A stretch of 32,522 bases of DNA from Babesia bigemina. Its lineage: Eukaryota. The stretch lies in the NCBI RefSeq assembly GCF_000981445.1, contig NW_012237351.1, positions 1 to 32,522 of the forward strand, given 5' to 3'. The translations under genes and the position numbers were made by a program. This document shows, one piece after another, positions 8,370 to 19,100 of the stretch (position 1 is the stretch's first letter; each line of letters opens with the position of its first letter). The notes under the pieces were generated by a model, which worked only from the letters and a program-made list of their open reading frames with translations, did not search any database and was not told the origin of the DNA.

Positions 8370-11300
8370 ATGACCTCTTTAAACCACAATAATAACTTGT
8401 GCCTTGTCACCCTTCACCTCCCTCCCTCCACCTCTTGCCACTGCCCTGACCATGTGCCGCCTAGGGAGCTTGACAAGAAATTTGATGAAATTAAAAACCT
8501 TAAAAACACTCTAAATAACAACCCTACTAACATCCTTAATAACCTTTGTTCTGGCCTCGAAAAGTTTCTCGGCTTCAACTCTGAGACTAAAGGCTACGAC
8601 GGCTCTGGGATTGTGTACTCAGACCTGGATAGGCTTTGTGACGGGGTGATGGGATTTTTGAGTGGTGTGCTTGGTGCGGTGAAAGATGATGATGCAGTTA
8701 AAACGTACGATAAATACATGGATAGAAAGCTTAGTGAAGTACTAAAAGAGGTAAATAATAAAATTGGCTCCGGGCGTGCTGGGCTTGTGGAGTCTGTCGC
8801 CGCGGTGAAGGGGTGGTTGGAGGGGTATGGAAAGAAATTGAATGAAAAAACTAATAATGTTAAAAAACGTTTAACAACACTGAAAACTAATATAATGAAT
8901 CACGCTAGCGACGTAGATACTTTAAAAAATACTAAGCTGCAAACGCAGTTGGAATGCTTCAAGAAGTACCTTGACGACTTGTCGGGGTGGGTGTCTGGGA
9001 CTCAGACGGAACACATTAGTCACTTAGATGAATCCTTAAAATGTCGCATTGAGCAGAAGAACCAAGCTATCAAGACGACACTGGAGGTTTTTAAAACCTC
9101 ATGCTTAAATTCAGAATTTAGCAGGCAGTGTCAGCAGGTAGAGACCGACTTTGAGGAGCGGCAGAATGAGATGATAATGGAAATCGATGAAAAATCCATG
9201 GATTTTCAACAGAAGTTACGCATTCAGTTTTCAAACATTTTGGACGCATTGGCCAATTTAAATGGCGTTAAAAGAGAACAGCTTCAGAGCATCAGAAATT
9301 TTGTCCAGCAACGGCAAGCAGATTTAGTTAAGCTGAACAATATATACATGGATCATGTGTCACATGCCTTTAAAGAATTGACAGGTAATTTGGATGTAGT
9401 CGATCACAGGAATGGCGCTGTTGGCGCCAAACACGGCAAGTCTGCTCTTCATATGGAAGTAGAGTGCATTAGGTCCAAGGTTTTAGAATTTTGTGATAAC
9501 TTGCACGACAATGTCAGAGCATTACAGCGATGGATAAATGGAACGAGAAATGACATTGGAGCATGTCAAAAAAGTGTTTCCGCTATCATGGGTGTTGCTA
9601 ATGGCGGCACTGGCAGTAAGAGAGAAATGATAATCCAAGCTGCGCAGCAAATTAGCGCGCAGACAAAAATTCTAAATTCGCAATTTGATGGGATGAAGCA
9701 AAAGTATATAAAAGTCTGCGAAACTGTTAATGGATCAGGGGACAGCGCACAGAATGGACTCGTTAAAGACCTTAGTCAGCTTCAGAGTCACATTACGTTG
9801 ACATCCAATATTGACGACTATAAGAAGAATGGTGACGGCGACTGGGCTCTAAGTAGTGATATTAATGCGCTGACAGATGCGATTGCGACCAATGTTCAAG
9901 GCTACGTTACGGGGCAGTTGCCTAACCAGATCAGCGGGAAGCTTGGCAGATTTACTAATGACATTGCAGTGAGCACAACGAAACCAGGTTCACTTATTGA
10001 CGTCGTCACAGGAGTGGCAACGTATGTAAATAAGTATAAAGAATTTGATACACATATTGATGGATGGATAGCCCAAGTCTTCGAGAGTGAAGGAATAAAG
10101 AAGTTACTTGGTTGGTATGTTGGAGAGAACAAACGTCAAAATAATTTGAAGACAGCATATCACAATACTGTGACTCAGTATGTTAGGCAGACAATAATAA
10201 AGAAGCTTCAGAGCATTGCTCAAGAAGCCAGGTCTTCCATCAGCACCCAAGGCAAAATTGATGACGATTTACAGTTAATCAAAACATTTCTCGACAGGTT
10301 CCAATCGTCTGTTCTTCAGAGAGAAGTTGACGAAATAGTCCGTACTGTTGAAAAAGAAGTGGTGGACGCAGGCAAAACCCAACCTTCTAAATACGCGTAC
10401 TATCTAGAGTCCGCAGTAAAAACTGTTCTTGCCTCAATCTCTACAGCTACTGAAAAATTGTCAAACGAAATAAATACGTTCAAGACCACATCCCATATTG
10501 GCAAAGTGCAGAGAGCTATAACAGAAGTAAAGGAGCTGAGCGAGAAGCTTAAGAAACAGATCGTCACCGATTCTGGAGCACTAGGCAATGATCTTGGCCA
10601 GTCAATTAACAGTGCGCTCTTCAGTGCAGCCATATCTGGGGACTTCAACAATCAACTTGGCAAACTGCTCGAAAAGGCTGTTAAAGCAGGCATACAGAAG
10701 CTGCAGCAAGCTCTGCAAACACCGGTAATTAGTAAATTGACACAAATGCAGAATGATGTGAGTACGCTTGACACCGCTGCACGAGGCGCGAAAGATTTGC
10801 TTGAAAGGCAATCGGAAGATGTAAAAATGAAACTAGGAGAACTTACGCAATCGATTAGTGACATCGGCATTGATTTAAGCGCGAAATTGCAGAACTTGCT
10901 AATTGAGAGAATCGATAATCGTCTGCTAAACGATATCAAACATAGAATTGAGCATCTGAGAGAAAGCGATTTTAAAGGTGTAAGCGCTATCATCAACTCT
11001 ACCATTGCCATAATAGGTCACCTTGAGAAGGTGCCCGGGGAAGTTGAGAGAAAACGAAAACAGGTGGAGGGACTCATGGCGACATTCCAAAGGGAAATGG
11101 AGGATAATCTTCGAAAGATTATATCATTCATAGACGATGTCGACAGAGCGTTCGATTCCGCCATTAAAGCCGTGCAACACATATTGGAGGATGCGGAATA
11201 TAATGTCAACAAAATGATTACCTTGATGAAAAATGATTTCATTCATAAAGTCCAAACTTCCTTCTCCCACCTCACCTCCGCCGTCCGCTCCCTCTTCGCC

Positions 11301-14036
11301 GAGCAGAAAAAGGCCGACCTCCAGGCGCTCAAGGGGGTGGTGGAGGAGCAGAAAAGGGTTGTCGAGGAAATTATTGAGGAAGATAAAAGAACCGGAATTA
11401 AAGGCTTACTGAAGGCTGTAAACGGTATGAAGTTCACTGTTAACAAACCGGGTACTCCCACCTTTGAGGTTACTGACACCTTGCTTGGTGCCATTAAAGA
11501 CCTTAACTTTAGTCAACCTCCAACCGCAGAAAAATTCAAAAAATTATCGGAGCAGTTTCACGACTATTATACTAACGTTGACAAGTATATCAAGGATCAA
11601 GTCAAACCTTCAACCAACCCCTCACCCAACTCCCTACCCACCGACCCAGCCAGCAAGCTAACCAAAATCAAAGGTGACTTCGACAAATTACTTAATCATT
11701 TAAGTGACTCAAATAGCACTAAAAAGTATAATTACGATAAAACTTTCGTTGATTTACTCACCACCCTCTCCTCCTCCCTCCACCTCCTATCCCCCTCCGC
11801 CTTCGCCAACCCCCGGCACCCGGAGCTGCTCGATGCGGTTAGAGCGGGGCTGCGGGGGTTTGTGCAGGAGATGGGGAGGGTGTATGTGAACGGGTATGAT
11901 GATGAAGTATTTACTGATAAATTGATGAAAAAGCAAAACGATTTTGATAAAGAAGAAAAAATTACCGATTATGGTAAGAAATTGTCCAAGGTATGTTTGA
12001 CCATCTTAACATTTTTTTACGAAGATTTTACAAAGTTGAGAGACGAGTATTTATCAAATACGTGGCATAAGGAGAAAATTGACAAAACCACTTACCTCGG
12101 AAAGTTTTTCAAAGCTCGCGGATTTATTGTGTCTGATGTAGATAAGCAAAACGGGGAATTGCAAGACAAGGATGGTATGAAGGGAAAAGACATAATTGAT
12201 TTGCTAGGTAAAGATAAGAAACTTTTCAATAAAATTGGTGGTCAAATCTTCGCCGGAGGAGTCATCGACTTGCATCGTTATCTGGAAACATATTACCAGG
12301 TTTGTCACATTTCCACCTCCAACGCAACCAGGCAGCCATGTTCAGTGTTTGAGATGCTGTGCTGGTTTGCTGGCCTTCCATGCTCTTCTACGTATGAGGA
12401 GTTGCGTGATACAACAATTAGTGACTTATTTGAAGATCAAAATACGCAGTCCACAGAAGACAGTGAGGATGTTGGCATCACATTTACCGACATGAAAGCT
12501 GAATCCCTAGCAGCGCAGCCTAAGAACATTACATATAACGATACGAGAGCAGCTGTCGCGCACATCTGTGCAACATCATACGACGTATTGACCACCGTTC
12601 TTGGAACAGGCAACTCCTATACGATGTACGGCGTTGACTTTTGCACTAATGTCTTGAATTTCAAATATCCTAAAACAGGCGACGATTGTCTACAGATGGT
12701 TTGCGACATACTTCGTAGACTTCTTCCGCCATTGAGATTCTTGCAGAGACAGTGTAGTCATCCGGCTGCTATTCATGGTTGGTCGGACTGCAAGTACGGT
12801 AGGGATATCCCATCGGCCAAGTGGTCATGTAAGGATCATCCGGAAGATGAATCAAATTGCCAACCAAACTCTCCACTTATGTCGTACCTAAATGACTGTC
12901 TTCCTGGCCATCTTCCGCACCAACTGAGCGACATTGGCTGCAAGCCCAAATGTTCCACATGCCCCAAGAGCACTCCCGGCCAGCCCTGTCTAACACCTCT
13001 TGGCTTTAGGGGTCTTACCGGAAGTACGAAGTCAGGCAAAGAGCTATGCAAAGTGCTGAGCAAATTCCTAAGTAACGACCATGTTGCGTGCCTGCTCACT
13101 CTGGTACCGAAACCTCCATCCACACTGCCCGAACACTTCGGGTTCGTGCTATCGTTTGTAAAAGGTATTAATGCCTCAAAACCTAAGAAAAACAATGGCG
13201 TAGTTTCATTGGCAGACGCATTTGAGAACTCTATTAAGCGCACATCCATTAACCTTTACGACAACCCATCTACCTTCACAGATGCAGTCCGTCATGCCTA
13301 TGGTGACGCAACGAGTAGTCATGAAAAACATCCAGAGGTCACAGAAACAGATCTGTCAACCCTCACTGTGGCTAAATCATGTGTCTATCCTTACAAGAAT
13401 TTCCACTGCGGCCCTTACCTTTTCTCGCTATGCAACGATTACTATCACTATGTGGCCAATAGGCATGTTAGCCTCTACCTGTCATGGGCCATGTATCTGC
13501 CGTGGACATTTTATGAATATCTAAGTAATCTATTCGAAGCCTACAAAAATATATCTTGCCAAGAATACGGATGCCATCGTTGTATGAATGGCAATCCCTG
13601 CAAAAAGGGCAAGCACGGCGTTGATCACACTTGCCAGTGCAGAGGACTCGTTGAATGTCGCGGTGTTCTGAGCACATTACACAGTTTCGGGTTTACATTT
13701 GGTGACCAAAAAGCGTTGTTCAGTACCGATGAGAAACGCTATTGCCGCGACTTACACAATCAGCTGAGCAACGTCCTCAATTCACAATACTTCAAAGACC
13801 TGTTTAAACAATGCGACGACTTCCTCTTCACCATCCGCGCTCCCTTCATTTGGCTCACCGTCGCCCTCTGGCTCCTCTCTCTCCTCTACCTCATCCACAT
13901 CATGGTCATCCGCCTAGACCTGCTCCACATCAAATCGCATCTACATAGCCCCTCGAGTCATCGCATCGCCGCTCAATCACTACTGGCTGCTAGACGCGTC
14001 AACAAACTGGGCAGCGTGTTTTACCTGCAACCATAA
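8370..14036 (+). CDS. Babesia ves-like variant surface antigen ('ebh-like') gene 2, 1888 aa; alternative start at conserved MGF ATG 8649
   Basis: Intact ATG-to-stop ORF with the conserved N-terminal block, a Cys-rich domain of the SPLMSYLNDCLPGHLPH type, a C-terminal TM helix and YLQP tail. Confidence 0.9.
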   Translation: MTSLNHNNNLCLVTLHLPPSTSCHCPDHVPPRELDKKFDEIKNLKNTLNNNPTNILNNLCSGLEKFLGFNSETKGYDGSGIVYSDLDRLCDGVMGFLSGVLGAVKDDDAVKTYDKYMDRKLSEVLKEVNNKIGSGRAGLVESVAAVKGWLEGYGKKLNEKTNNVKKRLTTLKTNIMNHASDVDTLKNTKLQTQLECFKKYLDDLSGWVSGTQTEHISHLDESLKCRIEQKNQAIKTTLEVFKTSCLNSEFSRQCQQVETDFEERQNEMIMEIDEKSMDFQQKLRIQFSNILDALANLNGVKREQLQSIRNFVQQRQADLVKLNNIYMDHVSHAFKELTGNLDVVDHRNGAVGAKHGKSALHMEVECIRSKVLEFCDNLHDNVRALQRWINGTRNDIGACQKSVSAIMGVANGGTGSKREMIIQAAQQISAQTKILNSQFDGMKQKYIKVCETVNGSGDSAQNGLVKDLSQLQSHITLTSNIDDYKKNGDGDWALSSDINALTDAIATNVQGYVTGQLPNQISGKLGRFTNDIAVSTTKPGSLIDVVTGVATYVNKYKEFDTHIDGWIAQVFESEGIKKLLGWYVGENKRQNNLKTAYHNTVTQYVRQTIIKKLQSIAQEARSSISTQGKIDDDLQLIKTFLDRFQSSVLQREVDEIVRTVEKEVVDAGKTQPSKYAYYLESAVKTVLASISTATEKLSNEINTFKTTSHIGKVQRAITEVKELSEKLKKQIVTDSGALGNDLGQSINSALFSAAISGDFNNQLGKLLEKAVKAGIQKLQQALQTPVISKLTQMQNDVSTLDTAARGAKDLLERQSEDVKMKLGELTQSISDIGIDLSAKLQNLLIERIDNRLLNDIKHRIEHLRESDFKGVSAIINSTIAIIGHLEKVPGEVERKRKQVEGLMATFQREMEDNLRKIISFIDDVDRAFDSAIKAVQHILEDAEYNVNKMITLMKNDFIHKVQTSFSHLTSAVRSLFAEQKKADLQALKGVVEEQKRVVEEIIEEDKRTGIKGLLKAVNGMKFTVNKPGTPTFEVTDTLLGAIKDLNFSQPPTAEKFKKLSEQFHDYYTNVDKYIKDQVKPSTNPSPNSLPTDPASKLTKIKGDFDKLLNHLSDSNSTKKYNYDKTFVDLLTTLSSSLHLLSPSAFANPRHPELLDAVRAGLRGFVQEMGRVYVNGYDDEVFTDKLMKKQNDFDKEEKITDYGKKLSKVCLTILTFFYEDFTKLRDEYLSNTWHKEKIDKTTYLGKFFKARGFIVSDVDKQNGELQDKDGMKGKDIIDLLGKDKKLFNKIGGQIFAGGVIDLHRYLETYYQVCHISTSNATRQPCSVFEMLCWFAGLPCSSTYEELRDTTISDLFEDQNTQSTEDSEDVGITFTDMKAESLAAQPKNITYNDTRAAVAHICATSYDVLTTVLGTGNSYTMYGVDFCTNVLNFKYPKTGDDCLQMVCDILRRLLPPLRFLQRQCSHPAAIHGWSDCKYGRDIPSAKWSCKDHPEDESNCQPNSPLMSYLNDCLPGHLPHQLSDIGCKPKCSTCPKSTPGQPCLTPLGFRGLTGSTKSGKELCKVLSKFLSNDHVACLLTLVPKPPSTLPEHFGFVLSFVKGINASKPKKNNGVVSLADAFENSIKRTSINLYDNPSTFTDAVRHAYGDATSSHEKHPEVTETDLSTLTVAKSCVYPYKNFHCGPYLFSLCNDYYHYVANRHVSLYLSWAMYLPWTFYEYLSNLFEAYKNISCQEYGCHRCMNGNPCKKGKHGVDHTCQCRGLVECRGVLSTLHSFGFTFGDQKALFSTDEKRYCRDLHNQLSNVLNSQYFKDLFKQCDDFLFTIRAPFIWLTVALWLLSLLYLIHIMVIRLDLLHIKSHLHSPSSHRIAAQSLLAARRVNKLGSVFYLQP

Positions 14037-14155
14037 TCGTACTCACGTGTTTACTATCTACACTCACCTAGCATCACCTACTCACCTATACAACTAATTG
14101 TTGTCTAATGTTTTGAATCACGCATTAATCGTTGTATGTGATTGTGTCATACAAA
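14037..14155 (+). promoter_or_regulatory. Conserved 3' flank / putative 3'UTR element with repeated ACTCACCT
   Basis: TCGTACTCACGTGTTTACTATCTACACTCACCTAGCATCACCTACTCACCTA is shared, with few differences, with genes 1 and 4. Confidence 0.55.
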
Positions 14156-14157
14156 GC

Positions 14158-14449
14158 TAATGTGTTGACTAACGTGCAGCCCAACGTGTTGACCAAGGTG
14201 CTGACCAATGTGCTGACCAATGCCATGACTAAAGTGTTGACCAACGTGTTGACCAATGTGCTGACCAATGTGCTGACCAATGTGCTGACCAATGTGCTGA
14301 CCAATGTGCTGACCAAAGTGGTGACCAAAGTGGTGACCAAAGTGGTGACCAGAGTGCTGACCAAAGAGGTGACCAAAGCGCTGACCAACGTGCTGACCAA
14401 TGTGCTGACCAACGTGCTGACCAACGTGTTGACCAATGCCACGACCAAG
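14158..14449. repeat. 12-bp minisatellite, about 24 units
   Basis: GTGCTGACCAAT/A units read directly. Confidence 0.96.
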
Positions 14450-14451
14450 TA

Positions 14452-14739
14452 ATGGACACGGCAGCGATGACATGGTCACGGCAGCGATGACATGGTTACG
14501 GCAGCGATGATATGGTGACGGCAGCGATGACAGTGGTGACGGCAGCGGTGACATGGTCACGGCAGCGATGACATGGTGACGGCAGCGATGACATGGTGAC
14601 GGCAGCGATGACATAGTCACGGCAGCGATGACATGGTCACGGCAGCGATGTCATGGTTACAGCAGCGATGACATGGTCACGGCAGCGATGACATGGTTAG
14701 GCAGCGATGACATGGTCACGGCAGCGATGACATGGTGAC
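14452..14739. repeat. 20-bp minisatellite, about 14 units
   Basis: ACGGCAGCGATGACATGGTC units read directly. Confidence 0.96.
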
Positions 14740-14752
14740 AAGTGGTGATCAT

Positions 14753-15822
14753 TATCCACTCTACATCGCTCCCTAACCCACTCTACATCGCCCCTTAACC
14801 CACTCCTCATCGCTCCTTATCCACTCTACATCGCCCCTTTATCCACTCTACATCGCCCCTTTATCCACTCCACATCGCCCCTTATCCACTCTACATCGCT
14901 CCTTTACCCACTCTACATCGCTCCTTAACCCACTCTACATCGCTCCTTTACCCACTCTACATCGCTCCCTTATCCACCCTACATCGCTCCTTTATCCACT
15001 CTACATCGCTCCCTTATCCACTCCACATCGCTCCCTAACCCACTCCACATCGCTCCCTTACCCACTCTACATCGCTCCCTAACCCACTCTACATCGCCCC
15101 TTAACCCACTCTACATCGCTCCCTTATCCACTCTACATCGCTCCTCTATCCACTCTACATCGCCCCTTAACCCACTCTACATCGCCCCTTTATCCACTCT
15201 ACATCGCTCCTTATCCACTCTACATCGCCCCTTTACCCACTCTACATCGCCCCTTTACCCACTCTACATCGCCTCTTTACCCACTCTACATCGCCCTTTT
15301 ATCCAATCTACATCGCCCCTTAATCCACTCTACATCGCCCCTTAATCCACTCTACATCGCCCCTTAATCCACTCTACATCGCCCCTTTATCCACTCTACA
15401 TCGCCCCTTAACCCACTCTACATCGCTCCTTTACCCACTCTACATCGCTCCTTTACCCACTCTACATCGCTCCTTAACCCACTCTACATCGCCCCTTTAT
15501 CCACTCCACATCGCCCCTTTATCCACTCTACATCGCCCCTTTAGCCACTCCTCATCGCTCCTTTAGCCACTCTACATCGCTCCCTTACCCACCTTACATC
15601 GCCCCTTATCCACTCCACATCGCCCCTTACTCCACCTTACATCGCTCCTTAATCCACTCTACATCGCCCCTTTACCCACTCTACATCGCCCCTTAACCCA
15701 CTCTACATCGCTCCTTTACCCACTCTACATCGCCCCTTTATCCACTCCACACCGCTCCCTAACCCACCCTACATCGCCCCTTTACCCACCTTACATCGCC
15801 CCTTAATCCACTCTACATCGCT
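14753..15822. repeat. 22-bp minisatellite array, about 49 units, upstream of gene 3
   Basis: Direct reading; ends about 25 bp before ATG 15848. Confidence 0.97.
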
Positions 15823-15847
15823 TGAATCACCTCGCCATATTACCGCT

Positions 15848-16126
15848 ATGACCTCTATTAACCATCCTAATAACTCGTGCCTTGTCACCCTTCACTTCCC
15901 TCCTTCCACCTCTTGCCACTGCCCTGACCATGTGCCGCCTAGGGAGCTTGACAAGAAATTTGATGAAATTTAAAACCCTAAAAATACCTCAAATAATAAC
16001 CCTACTAACATCCTTAACAACCTCTGCACTGGCCTCGAGACCTTCCTCGGCTTCAACTCTGAGTCAAAAGGCTACGATGGCACTGGGATTGTGTACTCTG
16101 ATTTGGATAGGCTGTGTGATGCAGTG
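15848..16126 (+). pseudogene. 5' leader of gene 3 carrying an in-frame nonsense codon
   Basis: ATG 15848 is in frame with the main ORF and 279 nt upstream of MGF, as in genes 2, 4 and 5. Codon 42 (15971-15973) is TAA where gene 2 has AAA. Confidence 0.8.
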
Positions 16127-19100
16127 ATGGGATTTTTGTATCAGGTGCTTAAGGATGTCAGCGAGAAACAGCCTTACGAAACAGGTAAGGAATACTTAAA
16201 TACATTAGTTAGTAGCACTTTAAAATCAAATTTGAACTCAGGTCACGATGGTTTTTGCAAGGCGTTTCCCATGGTGACTGTCAACGTCAACCGGTACAAC
16301 CAGGCAGTTAAGTCGTCGAATGAGAACATAAAGAAAAAGATGGAAAAGCTTCAGACTGAGATGAAATTGTTCACTAAAGGCGCATTAAAAGGCATTTTGC
16401 CGAAGGCAGATGAAAATGATTTTCATAAGGTTGTGCAGGCTGTGGATGCTGTCAATAGGGAGTTGGACAGCTGCAAAAATTACGCCAAATTTTTTACTGA
16501 CGCTTTAAACATAGACGACAAGAGTGTAAATGACGCAGTCGACGAATTCCATTCTCCGTTATCGGTAAGAGTCAAGGATGCGTTGCGGACCGTCAAGCAG
16601 GAAAGTGAGCGACTGGGCAAGTTGTCGGAGAGACAGCAGGGCACGTTGAAGGAGACGGATGAAAAAATTAAGCAGACGTTGAGTACTCTAAAAGTAAGCG
16701 TTGATTGTAAAATTGGCGACGACGTGAGAGTTTTTGTGGATGAACTGAAGAAGAAAGTGAAGCCCATTAAGAAGCATTTAGATGACATTACGACTGAGCT
16801 TTCTCAATACGTTATCGAGTTGCAGACGTGGATAAATGAGACAAAAAAGTATATTAACGAAATCAGAGATACGGACGTTAAGAGAATCGTTAACGAGACC
16901 ACGGACAGTCTTACTGGCAAAACTAATTTGATTGCCGACCAGGCGACAGAGTTGTTGAAGTGGAAGGAAAGGCTGAATACTCAGATTGAAGTGATTAAAA
17001 GCTCGGTCAAAGAGAAAGTCGTGGAAGTTCAGGGCGCAATTGCGTCGCTCGGAAGGCAGTTTCATGACGGTATCAGCGAGGTGCCAAACAGTATTGAGAA
17101 AATAATGACGCATATAAAGGGTAAGGTAGACACAATCGAGGGGTATGTTGGTGAATCCAAATTGGGTGCTATCCGCGGTAGCGATATAAGTATACAGCAA
17201 AATTGGGATGCACTGAAGGACAAAATAACGAGGCTCGTTGGGGATATATATGAAGAATCATCCACAGGAAAAATGAATTATCTTGGCAAAGTAGATAAGG
17301 GACTGAAGGCGTACGCGGCATTGTTTAATGACGCGAAAGGAGCAAATGTGTTAGAAAAAACGGTTGGTGGATGGGTGGCTGAGATAGTCAAAAGTGAAGC
17401 AGTGAAGGGGTTACTTAAAGAGTATGTGAGACAGAACGAAGAATACCGTTATTTCACAGGTAGTCTGAGTGTAAGAGGCACTGATGCTATGCGTGACTGT
17501 GTCATTCCAATTCTTAAGGAGCAAATAACGGAGCACCTCAAAGACATACAGCCCGAAACAAGCTACTACTCCATTCCATCTACTGTGGAAGACAAGTTAT
17601 CATATGTTAAAAAATATCTCACTAGGCTCTCCGAAGAAGTAATGGGTAAGCAAGGCGACGTAGTTTCGCAGGTCTCCGAATCTGTGAAACTCCAGAGGGA
17701 ATTAGTACCTTATAATGGTGGTGGTACTTATAAGCCATACTTTCTCACCTTCGCTGTACATGCCGCTCTGTCTGCTCTGAAACACACGGCAGAAAGACTT
17801 GCTGAGCAGCTCGAATCATTCGCCACCAAAGATACAAACCTCGGCACAAATTTGCCAGCAGCTATTAAGCAGGTCGAACTTATTGGCCAACAATTCGACG
17901 GCAAGACGCAGAAGACATTTGGCGCATCAATCACAAAGGCGCTTGAAGATGTGCGTAGAGAAATTAAGAAACTAAACGGTCAGTTTGAACAGGCGCTACA
18001 AAATGGCACAACTGACAGCACGACAATCGCCGCTTACGTTGACAAATATGTCGAGGCCATCGATACATACGCGAATTCTATCGACCTCGGCTACATTGCA
18101 ACGGGTCTGAGCGACCTGTCCTCCGGTATTCAATCCAATCTCACAGCACTAAGCGGCGCAGTAAAAGAAACGACCAACATTGTGAACGCCAAGCTGGAAA
18201 ACTTCATAGACATGAGAATCGGCAAACCCGTAATACGCGGCGAAGCTAAGGCAGATACCCTCCAAGCGATTTATGACAAACTCGACAAACTGCAAAAAGG
18301 CCCGGTGTCCGAAGCCGTGAAACTCACCAACGCCTTGCTCGATCAATACTTAGCCGCTGCCGAAAAGCACTACACTAAGCAACTCACAGAATACGTTGAC
18401 TCCCAAGTCAAGGATGCAACTAAGCAACTGACGACCTACGTCTACAAGCAGTACATTGGCACCGTCAAACTGCAACTGGAGCAGTTCTCCGACAAGGTGA
18501 CCCAGCAACTCAAAGGACTGCCCGGTGACATTTCACGTGACTTGACCCTTGGCTTCAAGGGCTTCATGGCGTCATTTGAGAAAAATTTCATCACGGACAG
18601 TAGATCAGTCTCGGGCATCAGACACATTAATCCGAAGCTGACGTCACCAAAAGAGTCTCCATTGAGCAAGGCAGCCGACATGGTGAACTACTCGTTCGGC
18701 TCTTTCTTCGTTCACCTGGAAAATCAAGAAGACTTCAAGCGCGATTTTTCCAAGCTTCAGGCATTCAAAAAGTCGCTGACCAAATTGCTTTCCGGTCTAC
18801 TCAAATCACTGCACTTCGACCACACATTCAGCACCAATCTAGACGCCCTCAATAATGCCGTCACTTCCTTCAAGCCCGCTACCTACGGCGATGCCAAGTG
18901 CCCCTCACTCCTCAATGCTCTTAAAGCAGGCTTCACCCCTCTCGTCGAGGAGCTCAAAAAGGCATACGTTTCAACGTACTCTTTGAGGACCATCGAATGG
19001 GAGAAACTCACCGAGGCGGAAAGTAGAAACTACGCCAAAATCTGTTGGACCATCACGCCCATCCTATATCAAGAATTGACCGCCTTCAAATATCACCTTG

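Noticed and set aside
8525..8531. TACTAAC branch-point consensus in the leaders of genes 2-5, suggesting an intron
   Set aside because: It lies in codons for PTN, and the next AG falls at inconsistent positions among copies and inside the protein-conserved block.
8370..14036. True homology to staphylococcal Ebh or another bacterial adhesin
   Set aside because: Any resemblance is limited to generic helical/coiled-coil composition. The Cys-rich domain, TM helix and tail match Babesia ves-like proteins.
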